Shown piece by piece: positions 6,855 to 16,375 of a DNA stretch of 47,939 nucleotides. The DNA lies in the NCBI GenBank assembly GCA_934527255.1, contig CAKTAM010000001.1, positions 1 through 47,939 on the forward strand, written 5' to 3'. Made by a program: the position numbers and the translations under genes. The DNA is from an uncultured Oscillospiraceae bacterium (GTDB lineage Bacteria; Bacillota; Clostridia; Oscillospirales; Ruminococcaceae). Numbering within the stretch: position 1 is the first letter of the stretch; each line of letters starts with the position of its first letter. Below the pieces are notes generated by a model. The model made no database searches and was not told the origin of the DNA. It saw only the letters and a program-made list of their open reading frames with translations.

Positions 6855-7386
6855 AAAAGCAAACGGTTGACAGCGCCCCGTCTGCCGACGCACCGTCGGC
6901 GGATGGGGCCGACAGGGTGCGCAGGGATGCAGGAAAAACGGGCGGACAATGCTGCCGGATGGGCACTGTGCGTGTTGCCGCCCTGTCGGCCGGACTCGCT
7001 GTCTTATTATCCACGGCTTCCGACATGGGAGGATCACAGGCAGATCGCCTTTTCTCCTGCGCCGGAGGCTTTTTTGCTGCCAAAAACGGAGAGCATCGGC
7101 TTGGACCGGGGGCTGCGGCGGCCGCCGCTGTACGGGTCGCAAAGCGGCCTGCTGCACGTTTGGGCGTACGGCAGCCTGCGGCCGGTTGCCCTTGGCGGCC
7201 ACGCTGCCTGCGGCAGGCCGCGGGCGTGCGTGCGGCACAGCCTTTTTAAGTGCGGGTCAACTCTGTGATATTTTGACGCCGCAGGCCGTCCGAAGCGGGC
7301 TTTCAAAGCGATCATAAAACGTCCGACGCTTTTCTGATGATGTCCGACGGAAAGAAACGATACAAAGCAGAAAAGGAGGCGTTTTC

Positions 7387-9720
7387 ATGTTCATGCGATG
7401 GAAGCGGCGTCTGTGCTGCCTGCTGCTGGCGGCCTGTGCCGTTCTGACCGGCTGCCGCGCTGCGCCATCCGATGTGCCCCATGCAGACAGCGGCGCATCG
7501 AACACTGCGGCAGCGGCGATGCAGTCGGTCACGGTGGAAAGCGGCATGGCACAGGAGGTCTCCTGGGCGTACGCCTGGCGGCTGGCGGATGGGCTGCTCT
7601 GGGCTTGCGGCAGCGGCCCGGTGGGGTGGGGGCTGGTCAGCCAGCGGCCGGATGGCGGCGGCTGTCACTGCCAGCCGCTGACCCTGCCGCAGGTGTCGCC
7701 GCCGCAGGGCGCGGCGCTGTTTGCGCAGGAAATCTCCGATTTCTGCTTTGCCGCCGACGGAACCGTCTGGATGCTGCAGACGGATTATTTCTCTTTTCCC
7801 GCCGGGGAGCAGGAGAACGGCGAAGGCCTCTCGCTGCAAAACGACTGGTCGCTGTGCCGCCTTGGGCCGGATGGCGTGCTGGAAAGAGTGTTTTTGCTGA
7901 CGGCACAGCTGCCGCCATTGTGGCAGAACGCGCAGCTGCTGCCCGTGTCGGGCAGCCTGCAATGCACGGCCGACGGCGGATTTGGCCTGCTGGCCGGTCT
8001 GCAGCAGCCGGAGAGTGCGGATTGGCAGGCTGCGTGGCTTGCCGTTTCGGCCGAAGGAGCCGTTACGGTTCAGCTGCTGCCGCAGGGTACCCAGCTGCTG
8101 CCGCTGTATGGTATGGCCCAGCCGCTGGCCGACGGCAGCACGGCTTATGTATCCGACAACACGGTTTTTGTGACGGCTGCCGGGCAGCTGCCGACGGCGC
8201 ACAGCGGCGGCGCTGCGCGGCAGGGCGGCGTCTGGGGCGTGGCCGCCAGCCCGGCTGACCCGGCCGGGCAGCTGGTATACTGGAATTCGAACTCGTTGTG
8301 CTGCCTGTCGCTGACGGATGACAGCGAAGAGCTGCTGCTGCGCTGGGCCGATTATGACCTGAAGGCCGATGCGCTGTGCGCTGTGTTTGCGCTGGAGGAT
8401 GGCCGGGTGCTGGCCGTCACGCAGTCAGAGGAAAAGGCGTATCTTTTTCATCTGCTGACGCCGGGCGACGGTGCGGCGGCCGAAGGGCCGGTCGTTACGT
8501 TGGGGGTGCTGGGTTATCAAAGCGACAGCATCCGGCGGTTGGTCAGCCGCTACAATGCCGGTGCGCCCGCCGTGCCGGTGCAGACGGTGGATTATTCGGA
8601 TGCGGCCGCGCAGGCCGCCGGGTTCGCCTCGGGAACAGAAATGCTGTATAACCATGTGCTGCAGGGCGGCGCGCCGGATATTCTGCTGCTGCCGCCAGAC
8701 ATGGAAAATCAGAACCTCATCGGCAAGGGTGTGCTGACGGATCTGTACCCCCTGCTGGATGCCGACCCGGAGCTGCAGCGCAGCGACTTTCTGCCCGGTC
8801 TGCTGGCCGCCTGTGAGGTGGAGGGTGCACTGCCGACCGTTGTTCCGGCTTTCCAGCTTTCGGGGGCGGTCTGTCGGGCGCAGACGGCTTCTGCATCGCA
8901 GAAATGGGATATGGAGGCCTTTTCGCAGGCGCTGGCCGCCGCCCCACAGGTGACCGAGCCGTTTTATGGCACGGGCCGCGCGCTGGCTCTGCTGCAGCTG
9001 GTGCGGCAGGGCGGCACGGCTTATCTGGATTACGAGGCCGGGGTCTGCCATTTTGATTCTCCCGCCTTTGTGCAGCTGCTGACGGCCAGCGCCGCCTGGC
9101 CGGAGGCGGCATCGGACATCAACGCCGACCCCAAGCAGGCGCTGACGGACGGCCGGGCGCTGCTGCGCCCGGTGCTGCTGGGCAGCTTTCAGACGCTGCG
9201 GCAGCTGCGGTATGAAGCGGACGGCGATTTTACTTTTTGCGGTTACCCGGGTGAAAAGCATGCCGCCTTTCTGCCGACCCTGCAGCTGGGCATTACCGCC
9301 CAATGCGCCGACCCGGATGCGGCATGGCAGTTTGTGCGCTGCTGCCTTGCGCCCGATTTTCAGCAGGAGCTGGCACTGGATGCCGCCTGGTACAGCTTTC
9401 CCGCCCGGCTGGACAGCCTGCAGACGGCGCTGCAGGCTGCGCAGGAGCAGCAGCGTACCCCCCGGCTGCCGACCTATCTTTCGGCGGAGGAGCTGACGCC
9501 CACGCAGCAGGAATATTGGCGGCAGGGCGTTTTACCGGCGGATGCGGACGCCCTGCTGGCCTGTCTTGCACAGACGGATACGCTTGACCGCGCCGATACA
9601 GCCGTTACCGACATTCTGCTGGAGGAAGCCGCCGCATTTTACAGCGGTGCGCACACTGCGGCGCAGACGGCCGCCCTGCTGCAGGACCGGGTACAGAACT
9701 ATCTGGCCGAGCAGCACTGA
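7387..9720 (+). CDS. lipoprotein: unknown ~350-aa N-terminal domain fused to an extracellular solute-binding-protein (family 1)-like C-terminal domain
   Basis: AAAGGAGG RBS and lipobox LTGC. The C-terminal half (from ...VTLGVLGYQSDSIRRLVSRYNAG...GGAPDILLLPPD...) resembles ABC sugar-binding proteins. No adjacent permease or ATPase gene. Confidence 0.85.
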   Translation: MFMRWKRRLCCLLLAACAVLTGCRAAPSDVPHADSGASNTAAAAMQSVTVESGMAQEVSWAYAWRLADGLLWACGSGPVGWGLVSQRPDGGGCHCQPLTLPQVSPPQGAALFAQEISDFCFAADGTVWMLQTDYFSFPAGEQENGEGLSLQNDWSLCRLGPDGVLERVFLLTAQLPPLWQNAQLLPVSGSLQCTADGGFGLLAGLQQPESADWQAAWLAVSAEGAVTVQLLPQGTQLLPLYGMAQPLADGSTAYVSDNTVFVTAAGQLPTAHSGGAARQGGVWGVAASPADPAGQLVYWNSNSLCCLSLTDDSEELLLRWADYDLKADALCAVFALEDGRVLAVTQSEEKAYLFHLLTPGDGAAAEGPVVTLGVLGYQSDSIRRLVSRYNAGAPAVPVQTVDYSDAAAQAAGFASGTEMLYNHVLQGGAPDILLLPPDMENQNLIGKGVLTDLYPLLDADPELQRSDFLPGLLAACEVEGALPTVVPAFQLSGAVCRAQTASASQKWDMEAFSQALAAAPQVTEPFYGTGRALALLQLVRQGGTAYLDYEAGVCHFDSPAFVQLLTASAAWPEAASDINADPKQALTDGRALLRPVLLGSFQTLRQLRYEADGDFTFCGYPGEKHAAFLPTLQLGITAQCADPDAAWQFVRCCLAPDFQQELALDAAWYSFPARLDSLQTALQAAQEQQRTPRLPTYLSAEELTPTQQEYWRQGVLPADADALLACLAQTDTLDRADTAVTDILLEEAAAFYSGAHTAAQTAALLQDRVQNYLAEQH

Positions 9721-9830
9721 CTGCCGCAGGCCATCCTTTGCCGCAGCCGCACCCCGACCCAAAAGGTCGGCACACCCGGCCGCCGCAGGCAGTGCACATC
9801 GCGCCCCCTTTGTTGCCGATACCGCAGAAA

Positions 9831-9872
9831 AGACGGGAGGCCGCTCCGCATCGGAGCAGCCTCCCGTTTTTG
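9831..9872. terminator. bidirectional terminator between the convergent lipoprotein gene and nagA
   Basis: ACGGGAGGC/GCCTCCCGT 9-bp stem with an inner CGCTCCG/CGGAGC(A)G helix, A-rich before and T5 after. Confidence 0.65.
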
Positions 9873-9935
9873 TCAGCTTTGAATATTCGGCCTGGGCGCG
9901 CGGCTGTTTTTGCAGTGTGCCGTGCGCGGCTTTTT

Positions 9936-11069
9936 TCAGATGCGGCTGCCGCGCAGGAAGATGGCCTCCGGGGTCAGGGTGCGATCCATCACCACCACGT
10001 CGGCGCATTTGCCCACGCGCAGGCTGCCTACCGACTCCCACAGACCGGCGGCCTGTGCCGGGTTGGCGGTGGCGGCGCGAATGGCCTGCTCCATCGGCAC
10101 GCCAAAACGCACGGCGCGGCGCACCATTTCGGCCAGGCAGACGGCGCTGCCCGCAATGGTGCCATCCTCCAGCGTGGCCTTGCCGTCCGTCATCAGCACC
10201 TTCTGGCCGCCCAGGCTGTACTCGCCGTTGGGCATACCGGCCGCGCGCATGCTGTCACTGATCAGGCAGACACGGTTGGCACCAAACATCCGGAAGGTGT
10301 TGCGGATGACGCTGGGGTGCAGGTGAATGCCGTCGCTGATGATCTCCACATGGGCGGCATAATCTCCGGCCGCGCCCACCACGCCCGGGTCACGGTGCTG
10401 GTAAGGCGGCATGGCGTTGAACAGGTGCGTGGCATGCGTGGCGCCTGCCCGGTAGGCGGCGGCCGCAATGTCATAGTTGGCCGTGGTGTGCGCCAGCGAA
10501 ACGGTGCACAGCCCGCTGACAGCCCGGATAAACTCCATGCTGCCGGGCTCCTCCGGGGCAATATCCACCAGGCGGATGCGGCGGCCGCTGCGCTCGTACA
10601 GGCGGCGGAACATTTCGATGTTCGGCGCCATGATGTACTCGCCGTTCTGCGCGCCCTTTTTGGCCATTGAGATAAAGGGCCCCTCCATGTTGATGCCGCG
10701 CAGCGTGCATTCCTTTTCGCCGGGGGCGGCCATGACAACGTTGGCGGCATCCATGATGCCGGTGAGAATTTTTTCGCTGAAGGTCATGGTCGTGCCGCAG
10801 AAGCTGGTGACGCCCTGCGAGGCTTCAAAGGCGGCCATGTTGCGGATGTCGGCCTCGGTGCCGTCCGAAAAATCGGTGCCGTGCGCGCCGTGTACATGAA
10901 TATCCACATAGCCGGGCAGAACAAAGCGGCCCTCGGCATCCAGCGTTTCCGGCTCCTCCGGCAGTGTGCCGGGCAGGCCGATCGCCGTGATCACCCCGTC
11001 CGCAAAGGCGATATCCAGCTTTTCAAAGGTGAAATTTTCCGTAAAAAGCAAACCGTTTCTGATCAGCAA
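9936..11069 (-). CDS. nagA: N-acetylglucosamine-6-phosphate deacetylase
   Basis: Amidohydrolase/NagA motifs (LPGYVDIHVHGAHG, GVTSFCGTTMT, ATHLFNAM, SDSMRAAG). The ORF-track ATG (11246) lies upstream of a likely promoter. Start taken as TTG 11069 (9 nt after GAAGGGA); GTG 11078 is an alternative. Confidence 0.88.
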   Translation of the reverse strand: MLIRNGLLFTENFTFEKLDIAFADGVITAIGLPGTLPEEPETLDAEGRFVLPGYVDIHVHGAHGTDFSDGTEADIRNMAAFEASQGVTSFCGTTMTFSEKILTGIMDAANVVMAAPGEKECTLRGINMEGPFISMAKKGAQNGEYIMAPNIEMFRRLYERSGRRIRLVDIAPEEPGSMEFIRAVSGLCTVSLAHTTANYDIAAAAYRAGATHATHLFNAMPPYQHRDPGVVGAAGDYAAHVEIISDGIHLHPSVIRNTFRMFGANRVCLISDSMRAAGMPNGEYSLGGQKVLMTDGKATLEDGTIAGSAVCLAEMVRRAVRFGVPMEQAIRAATANPAQAAGLWESVGSLRVGKCADVVVMDRTLTPEAIFLRGSRI

Positions 11070-11165
11070 AACAAACACATCCCTTCTCTGCAGCCGACGG
11101 GCAAAGCCGCCGCCTGTGCATCGGTGCGCGTCTGCCGTGCAAGGGGCAGGCGTACCGTTGGCTTT

Positions 11166-11174
11166 ATTGTAACA
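11166..11174 (-). promoter_or_regulatory. extended -10 promoter element for nagA
   Basis: Minus strand reads TGTTACAAT (TGn + TACAAT). Confidence 0.35.
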
Positions 11175-11257
11175 CAAAACCAAAAACGCGGCAGAAAGCG
11201 GAGAAAGAAATAGCTGTTTATCCAAAAATTTTGCGTGTTTTGACAAATGCGCAGCGC

Positions 11258-11977
11258 TCAGTGCAGGCCGGTCAGCTCGCGCACCACTTCACCGGCGATC
11301 AGCAGTCCGGCCACGCTGGGCACAAAGCTGACGCTGCCGGGCGGGCAGCGGCCGGTGACGGGGTCGGGCGGCACTTCCGTGCGGCGTGCGCGGGGCTCCT
11401 CCTCCGAAAACAACACCTTGCAGTGCGCAATGCCGCGCTTGCGCAGCTCGCGGCGAACCACCCGCGCCAGCGGGCACACCCGGGTATCGGCAAGGTCGGC
11501 AATGCGCAGGCGGGCGGCATCCAGCTTGTTGCCGGTGCCCATGCTGCTGATGACGGGCACCCCTGCCGCAGCGGCGCGCTGCACAATGGAAAGCTTGGCC
11601 GAAACGTTGTCCACCGCGTCAATGATATAGTCATAGCCCTCAAACGGAAACTCCGCAGCGTTTTCCGGCAGGTAAAACCGCTGCAGCGCCGTCACGCGGC
11701 AGGCAGGGGAGATATCGGCGATGCGCTGCCGCATGACCTCTACCTTGGGCTGCCCCAGTGTGGAATGCAGCGCGATGATCTGGCGGTTGATGTTGGAAAC
11801 GCTGATGACATCACGGTCGACCAGCGTCAGCGCGCCCACGCCGCAGCGTGCCAGCGCCTCGGCGGTATAGCCGCCCACACCGCCCACGCCAAACAGCAGT
11901 ATATGGGCGCGCTGCAGGCGCTGCAGCCCCTCCTCACCCAGCAGCATGGCGCTGCGGCTCCATTCTTCGTTATACAT
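11258..11977 (-). CDS. tcdA: tRNA threonylcarbamoyladenosine dehydratase (ThiF/E1-like)
   Basis: LLFGVGGVGGYTAEALARCGVGALTLVDRDVISVSNINRQ (Rossmann/E1 motif). Start at the MYNEEW ATG with a GGGAGGG RBS. Confidence 0.88.
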   Translation of the reverse strand: MYNEEWSRSAMLLGEEGLQRLQRAHILLFGVGGVGGYTAEALARCGVGALTLVDRDVISVSNINRQIIALHSTLGQPKVEVMRQRIADISPACRVTALQRFYLPENAAEFPFEGYDYIIDAVDNVSAKLSIVQRAAAAGVPVISSMGTGNKLDAARLRIADLADTRVCPLARVVRRELRKRGIAHCKVLFSEEEPRARRTEVPPDPVTGRCPPGSVSFVPSVAGLLIAGEVVRELTGLH

Positions 11978-12241
11978 AGGCCCTCCCTGTTTTGGTGTGT
12001 GCGCCCGCCGCCGACGGCAGTCCGCCCGGCCTCTTGAAATGGCGCGCGGCGCGGGCGCTTTTCTGCTGATGAAAAGTATACCCCACACAGTGCCCGGCCG
12101 TCAATGCCGGAAAAAGCGCCTGCCGCATGCTGCGGGCAGGATGGGCCGCCCGGCGGCTTTTGGCAAAATTCGTCCGGCGCGGCTGGTATACTGGGGCAAA
12201 GGCCGCCGCAGGCGGCGGCCGGAAAGGATGTGAAAAAACAA

Positions 12242-14611
12242 ATGGGACAGGCCATACGGGGGGCGGCCGTTCGGCTGCGAAAGGGGCGTGTGCGGCTGCT
12301 GGGGCGGCTGCGGCAGGCGGCGCTGCCGTGGGCAGGGTATGCCGTGTGGGTAGCTGCCGCCGGGTGGGCCGGTGCGGCCGTGCTGCCCGGCGGGCTGGCC
12401 CCCTTTGGGCTGGCGCTGTGCATGGCCGCCCCGCAGGAGGGCGTGCTGCTGTGCAGTGCGGGCTGCGTGCTGGGCGGTTTTGCGGCGCTTTCGCCCATGC
12501 TGGCCGTGCGGCAGGCGGTGGCGGCGCTGCTGATCGCGGCGCTGCGCGTTTTGCTGGGGAGGCGCGGCGCACTGTGGGCGGGGGCCGCCGGGGTGACGGC
12601 GGCGTGGCTGTTTTCCCGCACGGCGGCCCTTCTGGGGCAGGGGCGGCTGCAGGGGACCTCCGGCTTTGTGCAGGGGTGTCTGGCGCTGGCGCTGGGCATT
12701 TTGTACCGGCAGCTGCGGCCGGAGACCTGGCGGGCGGATACCCCGCGCCGCCGGGCGGTGCTGCTTGCCGTGTGGGTCAGCTGCTGCTGCTGTCTGGCCG
12801 CGCCGGGGCTGCTGGGCCTGCCGTGGCTGAATGTGGTGCTGGGGCTGGCTACGCTGGTGCTGGGCGCATTGCAGCGGGAGGAGCGACTGCCGCTGCTTTG
12901 GGCGGGCGGCGCGCTGGCCTGTCTGCTGCTGCGCGCCGATGGGGCCGCGCTGCTGGTGGTGCTGTGTGCGGGCTGGTGCGCAGGCTGCCTGCCGGTGCGC
13001 GGCGGTTATACGGCTGCCCGCCGGTTCGGCATGGCGGCGGCGTTTTTCGGGCTGGGGCTGCTGGAGGTGTTTGCGGCGGCCGATCTGGCCGGGGCGCTGC
13101 GCTGCGCGGCTGCCAACGGTGTTTGCAGCGTGCTGTTCTGCCTGCTGCCCGAGCGGCTGTTTTTCCGGCTTGAGGCGCGCCTGACCGAAGCGGATGCCGA
13201 CGCCGCGCCGACCCCCTCCCGCACCCTGAGCGCGCTGGCCTCCGGGCTGGAGGCGGTCGGCAACGGGGTAGAGGCGGTCGGCCGGGCGGGAAAAAACAGC
13301 GGCGACCCCAATGCGCCGATCGAGGCGGCCTGCGCGCAGGTGTGCAGCGCCTGCACCCGCAAGGCCCAGTGCTGGGGGGCGCAGTATGATACCACGCAGG
13401 ATGTGCTGCAGGGCTTTCTGCAGCGCTGGCGGGAAGACTGCAGCGCGGAGTTTCCCGCCTATTTCACCTGTACCCGGCCGGCCGCCGTGCGCAGCGCGCT
13501 GCTGCGGGCGGAAAACCTGCGGGTGCTGCGCGCGGCCGGTCAGGTGGAAAACGGCGTGCTGCGGCGCGCCGTGGGCGACCAGTACCGCGCCGTGGCCGAC
13601 GGCCTGTACCGCATGGCGCAAAGCTGGCAGCCGCAGACGGCCCTGCCGCAGCTGGAAAGCCGCGTCTGCGCCCTGCTGAACGCTCTGCAGCTGCCGGTGC
13701 GGCAGCTGTCGGCGGTGCGGCTGGCGGACGGCTCGCCGCAGGTGGAGCTGGTGCTGCGGCCGGTGCGGTTGGGAGATGATGGCCTGGAGGAGTTGACGCG
13801 GGAGATCGGCCGCTGCTGCGGGCAGCCGATGATCGGCCTGTGCACCCAGACGCAGGCGGAGGGGGCAGCCGTACAAACGCTGCGCTTTCTGCCGCGGCCG
13901 GTTTGCACGGCCCGGGTCGGCGTGGCCAGCCGGGCGCTTTCCGGCGGTGTTTGCGGCGATGTGGTCGAGCAGCTGCCGCAGGATACCGGCCTGTGCGTGC
14001 TGCTGTGCGACGGCATGGGCACCGGCCCGGCCGCAGCAATGGATGCCAAAATGACGGCGCTGTTTACGGCGCGGCTGCTGCGCGCCGGGTTTGACAGCGA
14101 CGTGGCGGCGCGGCTGGTCAATGCCGCTCTGCTCAGCCGCGCGCCCGGCGACCGGGGCAGCACGCTGGATGCGCTGACCTTCTGCGGGCTGGACGGCTCG
14201 GCCGTGCTGTATAAGGCCGGGGCCTGCGCCAGCTTTCTGCGCACGCAGGGCGGGGTACGCCGGTTGGGAGGCGAGGCGGGCAGCCCGGGGCTGGGGCTGC
14301 CGCTGGGCAGCGCCGGAACCGTGCGTGACGCCAGCCTGCAGCTGACGCTGCACCCGGGCGACTGGCTGGTGATGTGCAGCGACGGGGCGCTGGCGGCCGG
14401 GGCACAGCCGCTGCTGGAGGCATTGCGCGCCCTGCAGGAGGAGACGGCCGCGCAGGCGGCCGAAAAGCTGCTGGGGGCCTGCCTTGCTGGAGGGCCGCCG
14501 CAGGATGACTGCACTGTGGCAGTCATACGGATCCTGCCGGGCGGCGCGCCGCAGGGCCGCCAGACTTCGGCAGCGGCCGCAAAGCCGCCGCGGAGGGTGT
14601 TCCGCAAATAG
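12242..14611 (+). CDS. spoIIE: stage II sporulation protein E (polytopic N-terminus + PP2C phosphatase)
   Basis: About 10 hydrophobic segments, then PP2C motifs matching B. subtilis SpoIIE (CDGMGTGPAAA, STLDAL, YKAGACASF, GDWLVMCSDGAL). Start assigned to the ATG at 12242. Confidence 0.88.
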   Translation: MGQAIRGAAVRLRKGRVRLLGRLRQAALPWAGYAVWVAAAGWAGAAVLPGGLAPFGLALCMAAPQEGVLLCSAGCVLGGFAALSPMLAVRQAVAALLIAALRVLLGRRGALWAGAAGVTAAWLFSRTAALLGQGRLQGTSGFVQGCLALALGILYRQLRPETWRADTPRRRAVLLAVWVSCCCCLAAPGLLGLPWLNVVLGLATLVLGALQREERLPLLWAGGALACLLLRADGAALLVVLCAGWCAGCLPVRGGYTAARRFGMAAAFFGLGLLEVFAAADLAGALRCAAANGVCSVLFCLLPERLFFRLEARLTEADADAAPTPSRTLSALASGLEAVGNGVEAVGRAGKNSGDPNAPIEAACAQVCSACTRKAQCWGAQYDTTQDVLQGFLQRWREDCSAEFPAYFTCTRPAAVRSALLRAENLRVLRAAGQVENGVLRRAVGDQYRAVADGLYRMAQSWQPQTALPQLESRVCALLNALQLPVRQLSAVRLADGSPQVELVLRPVRLGDDGLEELTREIGRCCGQPMIGLCTQTQAEGAAVQTLRFLPRPVCTARVGVASRALSGGVCGDVVEQLPQDTGLCVLLCDGMGTGPAAAMDAKMTALFTARLLRAGFDSDVAARLVNAALLSRAPGDRGSTLDALTFCGLDGSAVLYKAGACASFLRTQGGVRRLGGEAGSPGLGLPLGSAGTVRDASLQLTLHPGDWLVMCSDGALAAGAQPLLEALRALQEETAAQAAEKLLGACLAGGPPQDDCTVAVIRILPGGAPQGRQTSAAAAKPPRRVFRK

Positions 14612-14621
14612 CGCTTACAAA

Positions 14622-14664
14622 ACGGCCGGGCAGGGCGCACAGCGCGCCGCCCGGCCGTTTTTTG
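14622..14664 (+). terminator. rho-independent terminator of spoIIE
   Basis: ACGGCCGGGC/GCCCGGCCGT stem followed by T6. Confidence 0.7.
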
Positions 14665-14789
14665 CGCCGCGCCTTTTGTTCGGGCAGCTTTGCCCGCGGC
14701 TGCAGCGGGCGTTTTGGAGGTAAGACTGAGGCGGCGCCCGCCTTTGCCTGTGTTATTTGTGAACAGATCATCAAAATGTAAAAAAAGGC

Positions 14790-14818
14790 TTGAAAAAAAC
14801 GCGGGGTTTCGGTAATAT
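14790..14818 (+). promoter_or_regulatory. sigma70-like promoter of rhaBA
   Basis: TTGAAA-17 nt-TAATAT. Confidence 0.5.
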
Positions 14819-14914
14819 AGTACTGTATAAACGCTGGGCCGGTGCGGCGGAAAGCCGGGCCGCCCGGCGGGAAAGAACGGGTGCGAGCAGCGCCTTTGAA
14901 AGGAGACTGTACCT

Positions 14915-16315
14915 ATGAAGTATTACCTGGCAGTGGATATCGGCGCTTCCAGCGGCCGGCACATCCTGGGCCATGTTGAGGATGGCAGAATGGTGCTGGA
15001 GGAGGTCTACCGTTTTGAAAACGGCAACGCCGAGCATAACGGCCACTACTGTTGGGATCTGGAGCATCTGTACCGCAGCATTCTGGAGGGCCTGAAGGTC
15101 TGCGGCGAGCAGGGCAAGGCACCGGTCAGCATGGGCATTGATACCTGGGGCGTCGATTTTGTCCTGCTGGATGAACAGGGCTGCATCATCGGCGATACCG
15201 TCGCTTACCGTGACAGCCGCACCGTCGGCATGGATAAGGTGGTGGAGGAAACCATTTCTCTGGCCGACCTGTACAGCCGCGTGGGCATCCAGAAAGCCGC
15301 CTTCAACACCATTTATCAGTTTGCCGCCCTCAAGCGCGAGCATCCCGAGCAGCTGGCGGCCGCCAAGCGTTTCCTGATGATCCCCGAGTATTTTAACTAC
15401 CGTCTGACCGGCAACGCCGTCAACGAGTACACCAACGCCACCACGACGGCCCTTGTCAACGCCCGCACCAAAACGTGGGATCGCGAGCTGATGAAAATGC
15501 TGGGCATTCCGGACGGCATTTTTGAAGACCCCTGCATGCCCGGCACGCTGGTCGGCACCTTCACCCGTGAGGTGCAGGAGTATGTCGGCTTTGACTGCAA
15601 GGTGCTGCTGCCCGCCACGCACGACACCGGTTCGGCTTATCTGGCCGTGCCCGCCCGTGACGACAAGGCCGTGTACATTTCCAGCGGCACGTGGAGCCTG
15701 CTGGGCGTGGAGAATACCGAGCCCATCACCACGGCTGCCAGCCTGGCGGAAAACTTCACCAACGAGGGCGGCTATCAGTACCGCTTCCGCTTCCTGCAGA
15801 ACATCATGGGCCTGTGGATGATCCAGTCCATCCGCCGCAATCTGGATAAGAAGTATTCGTTTGCCGAGCTGGAGAATTTCGCCCGTGAGGCGTCGGATTT
15901 CACCAGCATGGTGGATGTGAACGACCAGAGCTTCATGAACCCGGTCAACATGATCGAGGCGGTGAAGGAGTACTGCAGAAAGTCCGGCCAGCCGGTGCCC
16001 GAGACCGTCGGTCAGGTTATGCAGTGCGTCTATATCAGCTTGGCGGATTGCTATGCCAAGGCCATCAAGGGGCTGGAAAAGATCACCGGCAAGACCTACA
16101 CCAGCATCAACATCGTGGGCGGCGGCAGCAAGGACGGCTACCTGAACATGCTGACGGCAAAGGCCAGCGGCCTGACCGTGTTTGCAGGCCCCACCGAGGG
16201 CACCGCGCTGGGCAACCTGATGGTGCAGATGATCACCGCCGGCGAGTATGCCGACCTGGCCGCTGCGCGCAGCGCCATCCGCGCCAGCTTTGCGATTAAG
16301 GAGATCCGTGGGTAA
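14915..16315 (+). CDS. rhaB: rhamnulokinase (FGGY family)
   Basis: N-terminal YLAVDIGASSGRHILG, FGGY-kinase layout, immediately upstream of rhaA; AAAGGAG RBS. Confidence 0.9.
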   Translation: MKYYLAVDIGASSGRHILGHVEDGRMVLEEVYRFENGNAEHNGHYCWDLEHLYRSILEGLKVCGEQGKAPVSMGIDTWGVDFVLLDEQGCIIGDTVAYRDSRTVGMDKVVEETISLADLYSRVGIQKAAFNTIYQFAALKREHPEQLAAAKRFLMIPEYFNYRLTGNAVNEYTNATTTALVNARTKTWDRELMKMLGIPDGIFEDPCMPGTLVGTFTREVQEYVGFDCKVLLPATHDTGSAYLAVPARDDKAVYISSGTWSLLGVENTEPITTAASLAENFTNEGGYQYRFRFLQNIMGLWMIQSIRRNLDKKYSFAELENFAREASDFTSMVDVNDQSFMNPVNMIEAVKEYCRKSGQPVPETVGQVMQCVYISLADCYAKAIKGLEKITGKTYTSINIVGGGSKDGYLNMLTAKASGLTVFAGPTEGTALGNLMVQMITAGEYADLAAARSAIRASFAIKEIRG

Positions 16316-16375
16316 TTCCCGATCTTATATATCCGGCTTTTATCACATATCTGCAAAGAAAAAGGAGTATTTCGT

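Noticed and set aside
11070-11246. 59-codon N-terminal extension of nagA from the ATG at 11246.
   Set aside because: The extension contains the likely extended -10 promoter (TGTTACAAT) and has no RBS. NagA homologues begin close to the LLIRNG segment.
12101-14353. 750-aa minus-strand ORF antisense to spoIIE. Similar giant antisense or overlapping ORFs include 24072-27104 (1010 aa), 30599-33112 (837 aa), 28422-30581 (719 aa), 17827-19614 (595 aa) and 3447-5039 (530 aa).
   Set aside because: They are Arg/Ala/Gly/Pro/Gln-rich low-complexity translations lying opposite or overlapping genes with clear family motifs. They lack RBSs. Long stop-free antisense frames are expected at ~63% GC.
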